This document shows, piece after piece, positions 1 through 5,768 of a DNA stretch of 6,090 nt. How positions within the stretch are numbered: the first letter of the stretch is position 1; every line of letters begins with the position of its first letter. The DNA is from Escherichia phage Lilleven, in the sequence record MK629527.1. The stretch is one strand, 5' to 3'. Below the pieces are notes generated by a model. It was not told the DNA's origin. It did no database searches and worked only from the letters and a program-made list of their open reading frames with translations. A program made the translations under genes and the position numbers.

Positions 1-1485
1 ATGGCTACTGAAATCTTCTCTGATGTTGTTAAGTCTGTTTGGTCGCACGCTACGGCTAAGCATGCTCATCTTCGTATGGCTGTTCAGGTTGATAATCGTA
101 GCCGCCTTCTTTCTGACCTCGTTTATCAGTTGGAAAAACGCCTTTCTGAAGAGACTCATTTGGATGGCGATATTTTTGCCGTTTATGAATCTCAGACCGC
201 CCTTCTGGAAGACCATATGGCATTGGTTCGGAAGTGTGCAGCCCAACTTGATAATAGTAACACTATAGACCACCGCACCTCCTTGGATGCCGAATGTGTT
301 TTCCTGTTTGAGATGATTTGTCCAGGTGTTCGTTACGGTAAAACGTTGAATTCTCTTTGGACTAAGTATGTCGCCCAGTGGCCTGAGAAGTTGATTCGTC
401 AGGAGTTGGATATGGTTAAGCCTTTATCCTTTAAGGATGAGGTTGCTAAGTACATGGAGAAAATGCAGGAAAAAACACGCAAGAATCGCATGACTCAGAA
501 AGTCATTAATGAGATGCGTATTGCTCACCAAAAGGGCTGGTTCTTCGTATTTGATACGTTGACCCTTGCTGATGACCGTTTGCAGGCTTTTAATGAAAAC
601 CCCAATGCTCTTCGTGATTATTTTAGGACTGTTGGTCGAGCTGTTCTGCGCGCTGAAGGTCGTTCGGTTAAAGATTCCTACAACGATTGCTATCGCTATC
701 TTTGTGTGCCGGAGTTTGGAGGTCAGCACGGCCGTCTTCATTGGCACGTTGTGCATATGGTGCGGACTCTCCCTTTGGGAAGTCACGACCCTAATTTCGG
801 TCGCAAGGTACGTAATTATCGCCAGATTAACTCGTTCCGTGGCATGTGGCCCTATGGCTTCACGCAACCGATAGCCGTTCGCTATCAGCATGACGCTTAT
901 TCCCGCAAAGGTTGGCTTTGGCCTGTTGACAAAACAGGAAAAGCAATGCAGAGTAAGCCGTATCAGGCGGTCGCATGGTATGTGACCAAGTATGTAGCTA
1001 AGCAATCTGACCAGCGTCAGAAAGCTATTACCGAGAGGCAAAAGAAATGCAAGAATCCATTAATGGCAATCTGTCTGAAGAAAGTATTTCGGGTTCGCAG
1101 CAGTCGGAAGCTTGGAATGGAGCTCCCGTCAATGGCTCACCTGAGCAACAGGGTGCTTCTGGAACTGAGCCGAATCAGTTTCGATTCCAGTCCTCTGTAT
1201 CAGATAGTGAAAGAGAACGCCAAAAAGCAATTGACCTTGAACATCGGCGCGCTGCCTTTGCACGTCATTTTGGATGTGCGCCCGGAAGTGAGAAGCATGT
1301 TGAAAACTATTCGTCGTTTGATGAAAAAGACACCCGAGTTCAATTGGCAGAGTTCTATCGCTTCAATGACGGTCACTTTAAAAAATGGGGATATTTCTGA
1401 TGAAGCACGTCAATACATTATTGATGCAGGAATTACGCCTACTGATTTGCGAGCTAAAGCTACTCAAACTTTCGGCGGTAAGTGA
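1..1485 (+). CDS. A: Replication initiation protein A (rolling-circle nicking-joining endonuclease)
   Basis: 494-aa ORF; translation is collinear with phiX174 gene A protein as I recall it (e.g. DGWFxVFDTLTLADDRLxAFxxNPNALRDYFR, VRYxxDAxSRxGWLWPVD, C-terminal ...GGK). Paired catalytic tyrosines in WYVTKYV (codons 979-981 and 991-993) and an HxH motif (GRLHWHVVH). Contains the 30-nt origin. If the molecule is circular, the upstream frame is closed by TAA at 6040-6042 with no ATG before position 1. Confidence 0.92.
   Translation: MATEIFSDVVKSVWSHATAKHAHLRMAVQVDNRSRLLSDLVYQLEKRLSEETHLDGDIFAVYESQTALLEDHMALVRKCAAQLDNSNTIDHRTSLDAECVFLFEMICPGVRYGKTLNSLWTKYVAQWPEKLIRQELDMVKPLSFKDEVAKYMEKMQEKTRKNRMTQKVINEMRIAHQKGWFFVFDTLTLADDRLQAFNENPNALRDYFRTVGRAVLRAEGRSVKDSYNDCYRYLCVPEFGGQHGRLHWHVVHMVRTLPLGSHDPNFGRKVRNYRQINSFRGMWPYGFTQPIAVRYQHDAYSRKGWLWPVDKTGKAMQSKPYQAVAWYVTKYVAKQSDQRQKAITERQKKCKNPLMAICLKKVFRVRSSRKLGMELPSMAHLSNRVLLELSRISFDSSPLYQIVKENAKKQLTLNIGALPLHVILDVRPEVRSMLKTIRRLMKKTPEFNWQSSIASMTVTLKNGDISDEARQYIIDAGITPTDLRAKATQTFGGK
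244..273 (+). other. Viral (+) strand origin of rolling-circle replication (A-protein recognition and nick site)
   Basis: CAACTTGATAATAGTAACACTATAGACCAC matches the 30-nt phiX174-group origin (CAACTTG^ATATTAATAACACTATAGACCAC) at 28 of 30 positions. Expected nick between G250 and A251. Lies inside gene A as in phiX174 and G4. Confidence 0.85.
454..1485 (+). CDS. A*: A* (in-frame internal restart product of gene A)
   Basis: In phiX-like phages A* starts at an internal in-frame Met about one third into A. ATG at 454 (MEKMQEK...) follows AAGGATGAGG (433-443) and aligns with the phiX A* start region (MKSRRGFAIQRLMNAMRQAH vs MQEKTRKNRMTQKVINEMRIAH). In-frame ATGs at 463 and 490 are alternatives; exact start not resolvable by eye. 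Confidence 0.4.
   Translation: MEKMQEKTRKNRMTQKVINEMRIAHQKGWFFVFDTLTLADDRLQAFNENPNALRDYFRTVGRAVLRAEGRSVKDSYNDCYRYLCVPEFGGQHGRLHWHVVHMVRTLPLGSHDPNFGRKVRNYRQINSFRGMWPYGFTQPIAVRYQHDAYSRKGWLWPVDKTGKAMQSKPYQAVAWYVTKYVAKQSDQRQKAITERQKKCKNPLMAICLKKVFRVRSSRKLGMELPSMAHLSNRVLLELSRISFDSSPLYQIVKENAKKQLTLNIGALPLHVILDVRPEVRSMLKTIRRLMKKTPEFNWQSSIASMTVTLKNGDISDEARQYIIDAGITPTDLRAKATQTFGGK
1047..1400 (+). CDS. B: Internal scaffolding protein B (encoded within A in an alternative frame)
   Basis: 117-aa ORF inside A. C-terminal half resembles phiX174 B (..AEFYRFNDGHFKKWGYF vs phiX ..AEFYRFHDAEVNTFGYF); Gln/Glu/Ser-rich N-terminus. SD GAGG at 1035-1038, 8 nt before ATG 1047. Confidence 0.85.
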   Translation: MQESINGNLSEESISGSQQSEAWNGAPVNGSPEQQGASGTEPNQFRFQSSVSDSERERQKAIDLEHRRAAFARHFGCAPGSEKHVENYSSFDEKDTRVQLAEFYRFNDGHFKKWGYF

Positions 1486-1561
1486 CCCGGATTTTTCTCA
1501 GGAGAAAATTTATGCTGAGCTCGACTCGTTATTATGCAAGTTATCGCGCCACTTTGACTAA
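1400..1561 (+). CDS. K: Protein K (small nonessential protein spanning the A/C junction)
   Basis: Not in the ORF track (53 codons). Manual translation of frame 2: MKHVNTLLMQELRLLICELKLLKLSAVSDPDFSQEKIYAELDSLLCKLSRHFD, stop TAA 1559-1561. Resembles phiX K (MSRKIILIKQELLLLVYEL...AQLEKLLLCDLS). ATG 1400 overlaps the B stop (cTGATGa). An upstream in-frame ATG at 1385 is an alternative start. Confidence 0.6.
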   Translation: MKHVNTLLMQELRLLICELKLLKLSAVSDPDFSQEKIYAELDSLLCKLSRHFD

Positions 1562-1718
1562 GCAGTTGATGTTTCTTACAAAAGCTGACTTTACCAATGA
1601 TGATGGGAAATGGCTTAATGCCTTTGGTAATCTTCTCCGTCAATGGTTTCAGATTGAGGATTGGAAAGGCAATCATAAAAAATTGCTTGACGATTTGAAA
1701 AAACGTGATTATCTTTGA
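1512..1718 (+). CDS. C: Protein C (ssDNA synthesis and packaging switch protein)
   Basis: Translation (..RRKFMLSSTRYYASYRATLTKQLMFLTKADFTNDDGKWLNAFGNLLRQWF..) aligns with phiX174 C (MRKFDLSLRSSRSSYFATFRHQLTILSKTDALDEEKWLNMLGTFVKDWF). Start set at ATG 1512, preceded by GGAG 1501-1504. In-frame GTG at 1482 overlaps the A stop (GTGA, analogous to phiX ATGA) and is an alternative start. Confidence 0.75.
   Translation: MLSSTRYYASYRATLTKQLMFLTKADFTNDDGKWLNAFGNLLRQWFQIEDWKGNHKKLLDDLKKRDYL
1687..1715 (+). promoter_or_regulatory. Candidate sigma70 promoter for the D-E-J-F-G-H transcript (P_D-like)
   Basis: TTGACG (1687-1692), 17-nt spacer, TATCTT (1710-1715), inside the 3' end of C about 30 nt upstream of the D start. 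The position matches the P_D location in phiX-like phages. The -10 is weak; motif-level only. Confidence 0.3.
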
Positions 1719-1744
1719 CCTGAATTTTATACAAGGAGATATTT

Positions 1745-2197
1745 ATGAACATTGTTTCTGATGTTAATTACGCCACTTCTGTCGCTGCTCTTCGTATGCT
1801 TCAGGCTAGTTCTGTTCTGGATATTACTGAGGAAGATTTTGACTTCCTGACTGGTGATAAGATTTGGATTGCTACTGACCGTAATCGCGCACGTCGTTGT
1901 GTAGAGGCTTGTGTTTATGGAACGCTGGACTTTGTCGGCTATCCTCGCTTTCCTGCTCCTGTTGAGTTTATTGCTGCCGTCATTGCTTATTATGTTCATC
2001 CCGTCAACATTCAGACAGCATGCCTCGTTATGGAAGGCGCGGAGTTTAGCGAAAACATTATTAATGGCGTCGAGCGTCCGGTTAATGCCGCTGAGCTCTT
2101 CGCGTACACCCTGCGTATTAAGGCAGGATTCAAAGAAACCGTAATTGATGCCGAAGAGAATGCTCGTCAGAAATTACGCGCAAATGGGTTGAAATAA
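1745..2197 (+). CDS. D: External scaffolding protein D
   Basis: 150-aa ORF. Long identical stretches to phiX174 D as recalled (ARRCVEACVYGTLDFVGYPRFPAPVEFIAAVIAYYVHPVNIQTACL.MEGAEF.ENIINGVERPV). SD AAGGAG 1733-1738, 6 nt before ATG. Confidence 0.93.
   Translation: MNIVSDVNYATSVAALRMLQASSVLDITEEDFDFLTGDKIWIATDRNRARRCVEACVYGTLDFVGYPRFPAPVEFIAAVIAYYVHPVNIQTACLVMEGAEFSENIINGVERPVNAAELFAYTLRIKAGFKETVIDAEENARQKLRANGLK
1917..2144 (+). CDS. E: Lysis protein E (MraY inhibitor), overprinted on D in the +1 frame
   Basis: Translation from ATG 1917: MERWTLSAILAFLLLLSLLLPSLLIMFIPSTF..., near-identical to the phiX174 E N-terminal transmembrane domain (MVRWTLWDTLAFLLLLSLLLPSLLIMFIPSTF) including the conserved Pro in LLPSLL. 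The ORF track starts at GTG 1911; ATG 1917 matches the phiX start. 75 aa, shorter than phiX E. Confidence 0.8.
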   Translation: MERWTLSAILAFLLLLSLLLPSLLIMFIPSTFRQHASLWKARSLAKTLLMASSVRLMPLSSSRTPCVLRQDSKKP

Positions 2198-2198
2198 T

Positions 2199-2273
2199 AT
2201 GAAAAAAGCACGTCGTTCTCCTAGTCGTCGTAAAGGTGCTCGTCTCTGGTATGTAGGCGGTTCTCAGTTTTAA
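2199..2273 (+). CDS. J: Small basic DNA-binding/packaging protein J
   Basis: Not in the ORF track (24 codons). MKKARRSPSRRKGARLWYVGGSQF; its C-terminus matches the phiX174/G4 J C-terminus (KGARLWYVGG.QF). Length fits the short J of G4/alpha3-type phages. ATG lies 1 nt after the D stop (TAATATG). Confidence 0.8.
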   Translation: MKKARRSPSRRKGARLWYVGGSQF

Positions 2274-2277
2274 TTAT

Positions 2278-2293
2278 GGCCTTCGGGCCTTTT
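2278..2293 (+). terminator. J-F intergenic hairpin (GGCC-UUCG-GGCC) followed by TTTT; weak terminator or mRNA-stability element
   Basis: 4-bp G/C stem 2278-2281/2286-2289 with TTCG tetraloop 2282-2285, then TTTT 2290-2293, immediately upstream of the F SD AAGGA (2294-2298). The position matches the leaky T_J terminator of phiX-like phages. Confidence 0.45.
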
Positions 2294-2304
2294 AAGGATT
2301 ATTA

Positions 2305-3600
2305 ATGTCTAATGTACAAACTTCTGCTGAACGTGAAATTGTTGACCTTTCTCATCTTGCCTTTGACTGTGGCATGATTGGTCGTTTGAAAACTGTTTCA
2401 TGGACTCCTGTTATTGCTGGCGATTCCTTTGAGCTTGATGCTGTTGGTGCTTTGCGTCTTTCTCCTCTGCGTCGTGGTTTAGCCATTGACTCTAAGGTTG
2501 ATTTTTTCACTTTTTATATTCCGCATCGCCATGTTTATGGTGACCAGTGGATTAATTTTATGCGTGATGGTGTTGATGCCACGCCACTTCCTTCCGTTAC
2601 TACTACTCAGTATCCGGATGACGCTGGTTATGTTGGTACTATTGTTCCTAAGAGCAACCGTATTCCTAAGTTTCTGCATCAGTCTTATCTGAATATTTAT
2701 AATAACTATTTCCGTGCGCCGTGGATGCCTGAGCGTACTGAAGCCAATCCTTCAAATTTAGACCGTGATGATTCTCGTTTTGGATTCCGTTGCTGCCATC
2801 TTAAAACTATTTGGTCCGCTCCTCTTCCTCCGGAAACTAAGCTCGCTGAGCAAATGGGCATTGAAAGCAATTCCATTGATATTATGGGTTTGCAGGCCGC
2901 TTATGCGCAGCTTCATACTGAGCAGGAGCGTACTTATTTCATGCAGCGTTATCGTGATGTTATCTCCAGCTTTGGCGGTTCAACCTCCTATGATGCCGAT
3001 AACCGACCGTTGCTTGTTATGCATACCGACTTCTGGGCTTCCGGTTACGATGTTGATGGTACCGACCAATCTTCTCTCGGACAGTTCTCAGGTCGAGTTC
3101 AGCAGACGTTTAAACATTCAGTGCCGCGATTCTTCGTGCCTGAGCATGGTGTCATGATGACTTTGATGCTGGTTCGCTTTCCGCCTATCAGTCCTTTGGA
3201 GCATCATTATCTTGTTGGTCGTAATAATTTGACCTATACCGACCTCGCAGGTGACCCGGCTTTGATTGGTAATTTGCCGCCACGTGAGATTTCTTATCAG
3301 GACCTTTTCCGTGATGGTCGCCCGGGCATTAAGATTAAGGTTGCCGAGTCTATCTGGTATCGTACTCATCCGGATTATATTAACTACAAGTATCATTTAC
3401 TTGAAGGTTTTCCGTTCCTTGATGATGCACCCGGCACGACTAGTGGTGATGATCTTCAGAAGGCTATTCTTATTGACCATAATGACTATAATGCCTGTTT
3501 CCAGTCCCAGCAGTTGCTTCAGTGGAATAATCAGGCTCGTTATAATGTTAATGTTTATCGTCATATTCCTACTGTTCGTGATTCTATTATGACCTCTTGA
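2305..3600 (+). CDS. F: Major capsid protein F
   Basis: 431-aa ORF. Extensive identity to phiX174 F as recalled (PVIAGDSFE.DAVGALRLSPLRRGLAIDS.VD.FTFY.PHRHVYG, QRYRDVISSFGG.TSYDADNRPLLVM, SLGQFSGRVQQT.KHSVPRFFVPEHG, C-terminal TRDSIMTS). SD AAGGA 2294-2298. Confidence 0.95.
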   Translation: MSNVQTSAEREIVDLSHLAFDCGMIGRLKTVSWTPVIAGDSFELDAVGALRLSPLRRGLAIDSKVDFFTFYIPHRHVYGDQWINFMRDGVDATPLPSVTTTQYPDDAGYVGTIVPKSNRIPKFLHQSYLNIYNNYFRAPWMPERTEANPSNLDRDDSRFGFRCCHLKTIWSAPLPPETKLAEQMGIESNSIDIMGLQAAYAQLHTEQERTYFMQRYRDVISSFGGSTSYDADNRPLLVMHTDFWASGYDVDGTDQSSLGQFSGRVQQTFKHSVPRFFVPEHGVMMTLMLVRFPPISPLEHHYLVGRNNLTYTDLAGDPALIGNLPPREISYQDLFRDGRPGIKIKVAESIWYRTHPDYINYKYHLLEGFPFLDDAPGTTSGDDLQKAILIDHNDYNACFQSQQLLQWNNQARYNVNVYRHIPTVRDSIMTS

Positions 3601-3603
3601 TTT

Positions 3604-3621
3604 ATGGGCCTTCGGGCCCAT
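3604..3621 (+). terminator. F-G intergenic hairpin (7-bp stem, UUCG tetraloop); weak terminator or mRNA-stability element
   Basis: ATGGGCC (3604-3610) pairs with GGCCCAT (3615-3621) around TTCG (3611-3614), followed by TTAAGGATTTTTC carrying the G SD. Same module as at J-F. Not followed by a clean T-run, so terminator function is uncertain. Confidence 0.45.
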
Positions 3622-3633
3622 TAAGGATTTTTC

Positions 3634-4197
3634 ATGTATCAAAATTTTGTTACTAAGCACGATACCGCTATTCAGACCTCCCGTTTCTCTGTTACTGACA
3701 GTATCACTCCTGTTGCGCCTACTGGTGATATCCCTATTATCAATACTGGTAATATTACTGCTGAGCGTGCTGTTGTTAGTCTTTATGCTAATTTGGCCGC
3801 TGACACCTCTTCTGATGGTTCTTTTATTGTTGCTATGAAGGTTGATACTTCTCCTGCTGATCCTAACTGTGTTATCTCTGCTGGTGTTAACCTTAGCTTT
3901 GCTGGTACCTCATACCCGATTGTTGGCATTGTTCGTTTTGAGTCTGCTTCTGAACAGCCCACTTCTATTGCTGGTAGTCAGATTGAGCGTTACCCTATTG
4001 AAATGTCTGTGGGCTCTGGTGGTGTCTGTTCTGCTCGTGATTGCGTTACTGTTGATATTCATCCTCGCACCTTTGGCAATAATGTTTTTGTTGGTGTGAT
4101 TTGCTCCAGTGCTAAATGGACCTCCGGCCTTGTGCTTGGTACTATCGCTACGACTCAGGTTATTCATGAGTATCAGGTTCTTCAGCCGCTCAAATAA
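3634..4197 (+). CDS. G: Major spike protein G
   Basis: 187-aa ORF at the position of G. Shares the conserved C-terminal region with phiX174 G (VRFES.S..PT.....YP, KDCVT.D..PRT.GNNV.VG, C-terminal QVI.E...LQPLK). SD AAGGA 3623-3627, 6 nt before ATG. Confidence 0.93.
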   Translation: MYQNFVTKHDTAIQTSRFSVTDSITPVAPTGDIPIINTGNITAERAVVSLYANLAADTSSDGSFIVAMKVDTSPADPNCVISAGVNLSFAGTSYPIVGIVRFESASEQPTSIAGSQIERYPIEMSVGSGGVCSARDCVTVDIHPRTFGNNVFVGVICSSAKWTSGLVLGTIATTQVIHEYQVLQPLK

Positions 4198-4332
4198 AAG
4201 GCCACCGCACCCCCGGTTATGTGTCTGCCCAGTGTAGGGTGGACCGAGCCGTACGGAGATACCCGATAAACTAGGAACGTGGAAGGCGTTAGCCGCCTTC
4301 CCTCCTGCTAAGCCCAAAAAGGAGCTTACAAT
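4198..4332 (+). other. G-H intergenic region: G+C-rich structured spacer, candidate complementary-strand (primase-dependent) origin
   Basis: 135-nt untranslated spacer, visibly more G+C-rich than the flanking genes. Contains CCACC/GGTGG complementarity (4202-4206 vs 4238-4242), the palindrome CCGTACGG (4249-4256), an 8-bp hairpin (4281-4301), and the H SD AAGGAG (4319-4324). Assigning it as the minus-strand origin rests on analogy with G4-type origins and an uncertain recollection of older alpha3/St-1 work. Confidence 0.35.
4281..4301 (+). terminator. Hairpin in G-H spacer (possible T_G-like leaky terminator or origin stem-loop)
   Basis: GGAAGGCG (4281-4288), loop TTAGC, CGCCTTCC (4294-4301); perfect 8-bp stem. 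No T-run follows, so function is ambiguous. Confidence 0.35.
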
Positions 4333-5331
4333 ATGTTTGGAAGTATCATTGGAGGCATTGGCTCATCGCTGCTCGGAGGACTTGCTTCCGGCGGTATCTC
4401 CAGCCTCCTTAATAAAATGTTCAGTAAAATGCCAGAACATGCCGCTTCTTCTGCTGGTCTTACTAATGGTCAAGGTACTATTGGTATGGATACTGATGCT
4501 GGTATTCAGTCTGCTATTCAGGGCTCTAATGTTCCTCCTGCTGGTCAATTACCCGCTTCCAACACTTCTGGTGTTATGGCTGATGCTGGTAATATGATTC
4601 GTAATGCTGGCAGAGCTTTGCTTGATGGTACGATTCAGGCCGGTTCTGACAAGGTTAAAGAGGCTCTTATTGATAAGTTGGTTGGAGGTAATGATGCTAA
4701 AGACCGAGGAAAGGCAACCCGTGATTACTTGGCGGCAGCTTTCCCTGAGCTCAACCCATGGGAACGTGCTGGAGCTGGTGCTTCCACTGCCGGGTTAGAA
4801 TCTTCTGCTCAGAATCAACAAAAAGAGATGCTTAAAATGCAACTGGATAACCAGAAAGATATTGCAAAAATGCAGATGGATAACAATTTGCAGATTGCTG
4901 GTATTCAGTCTGCTACATCTCGCCAGAACACGAAGGATTCTGTTTATGCCCAGAATGAGATGCTTCAGTATAATCAACGTGAGTCGCAGGCACGCGTTGC
5001 GTCTATCCTCGCCAACACTGACCTTACGACTAAGCAGGCCACCCATGAAATTATGAGGATGGCTCTTACTCGTGCTCAGGAAACCGGTCAGCATTTGACT
5101 AACTCTCAGATTATGGCTTTGGAGAAAAAGGTTTATGCAGAAATTGGAAAAATTCATCAAGATACTCAAAATTCTCGCTATGGTAGCTCTCAAGTTACTG
5201 CCGCCGCGAAAGACGTTACTAACATGATTACTGACGCTTCTTCAGGTTTTGCTGATTGGGCTTCCCAGCAGTGGAATTCGTTCTTTAAAGATGGTAAGTC
5301 TGACGGTATTCCTCTCAATACTAGAAAATAA
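4333..5331 (+). CDS. H: DNA pilot (minor spike) protein H
   Basis: 332-aa ORF. Gly-rich N-terminus MFGSIIGGIGSSLLGG.. and long collinear matches to phiX174 H (AGIQSAIQGSNVP, TRDYLAAAFPELN.WERAGA, KMQLDNQK.IA.MQ, IAGIQSATSRQNTKD.VYAQNEML.Y.Q.ES.ARVASI, QNSRYGSS). SD AAGGAG 4319-4324. Confidence 0.93.
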   Translation: MFGSIIGGIGSSLLGGLASGGISSLLNKMFSKMPEHAASSAGLTNGQGTIGMDTDAGIQSAIQGSNVPPAGQLPASNTSGVMADAGNMIRNAGRALLDGTIQAGSDKVKEALIDKLVGGNDAKDRGKATRDYLAAAFPELNPWERAGAGASTAGLESSAQNQQKEMLKMQLDNQKDIAKMQMDNNLQIAGIQSATSRQNTKDSVYAQNEMLQYNQRESQARVASILANTDLTTKQATHEIMRMALTRAQETGQHLTNSQIMALEKKVYAEIGKIHQDTQNSRYGSSQVTAAAKDVTNMITDASSGFADWASQQWNSFFKDGKSDGIPLNTRK

Positions 5332-5358
5332 TTGTTGACATTCCTTGAACCTTTATGT

Positions 5359-5396
5359 GACTCTTGCTTCAATAAAACGAAGTAGGAGTCTTTTTT
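5359..5396 (+). terminator. Rho-independent terminator-like hairpin downstream of H; 3' arm contains the SD of the next ORF
   Basis: GACTCTTGCTTC (5359-5370) pairs with GAAGTAGGAGTC (5379-5390): 12 bp including two G.U pairs, loop AATAAAAC, followed by TTTTTT (5391-5396). The 3' arm contains AGGAG (5384-5388) and the ORF ATG follows at 5397. A perfect -35 hexamer TTGACA sits at 5335-5340. Confidence 0.6.
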
Positions 5397-5765
5397 ATGA
5401 AACCCGCTCACCGCCTTTATCATCCTGTGCTTGGTTCTTGGTTGTTTAAGTGTCCCGTTTATATTCGTTATGAGTCCCTTCATCATGGCCGCCTCATTAA
5501 GGTTCGTGCTGTTCGTGACCTTTCTCCGCGTCAGCAGTTGATTGCCAATCCTAAAAATTGCTTTGACGTTGTTATTGCTGAAATTGACGTTACTCACCTT
5601 TCTGTCACTTGGTATGATTTTCAAGCCGAAGAGTATGTCGAGTGTGATTCCGGCACTATGGAGCTTCTTCTTTCTCAGGTAAATTCTGGCGAGGTTATTC
5701 GCTCCTCCGAAGACCTGTTTGTTGATGTTGATGATATGGAATGGCTTTATGAAATTGTGGAGTAA
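5397..5765 (+). CDS. Hypothetical protein (122 aa) in the H-A intergenic region; no recognisable family
   Basis: ORF with SD AGGAG (5384-5388) 8 nt before ATG. Codon usage by eye matches the phage's structural genes (T-ending codons cgt, gtt, ctt, tct, gct, gat). Same strand as all known genes. Translation MKPAHRLYHPVLGSW...DVDDMEWLYEIVE has an acidic C-terminus and no motif I recognise. Confidence 0.5.
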   Translation: MKPAHRLYHPVLGSWLFKCPVYIRYESLHHGRLIKVRAVRDLSPRQQLIANPKNCFDVVIAEIDVTHLSVTWYDFQAEEYVECDSGTMELLLSQVNSGEVIRSSEDLFVDVDDMEWLYEIVE

Positions 5766-5768
5766 GTC

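Noticed and set aside
926-931. TTGACA hexamer inside gene A as a possible P_B -35 element
   Set aside because: No acceptable -10 hexamer 16-18 nt downstream (CAGAGT, GCAGAG, AGAGTA). A promoter for B is expected somewhere in this region, but I cannot place it from sequence.
4249-4256. Perfect palindrome CCGTACGG in the G-H spacer
   Set aside because: Too short to interpret alone (no loop possible for a hairpin); noted only as part of the structured region, not as a binding site.
4220-4270. 16-codon ATG-initiated ORF inside the G-H spacer
   Set aside because: No Shine-Dalgarno sequence, G+C-rich structured context, too short; more likely part of a structural element.
23-5056. Plus-strand out-of-frame ORFs inside A, F, G and H with Leu/Phe/Val-rich translations (23-268, 566-874, 1911 GTG extension, 2486-2692, 2765-3157, 3266-3592, 3647-3838, 3842-4099, 4337-4597, 4604-4798, 4862-5056)
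   Set aside because: Their hydrophobic, low-complexity translations are what results when the T-rich third codon position of the real frame becomes a second position. There is no SD or start context. Overprinting does occur in this family (E, B, K), so they are not impossible, but nothing supports them.
5335-5340. Consensus -35 TTGACA just after the H stop as an independent promoter for the intergenic ORFs
   Set aside because: No convincing -10 at 16-19 nt spacing (best candidates TATGTG at 13 nt, TGACTC at 17 nt). Kept only as part of the terminator and SD-sequestration observation.
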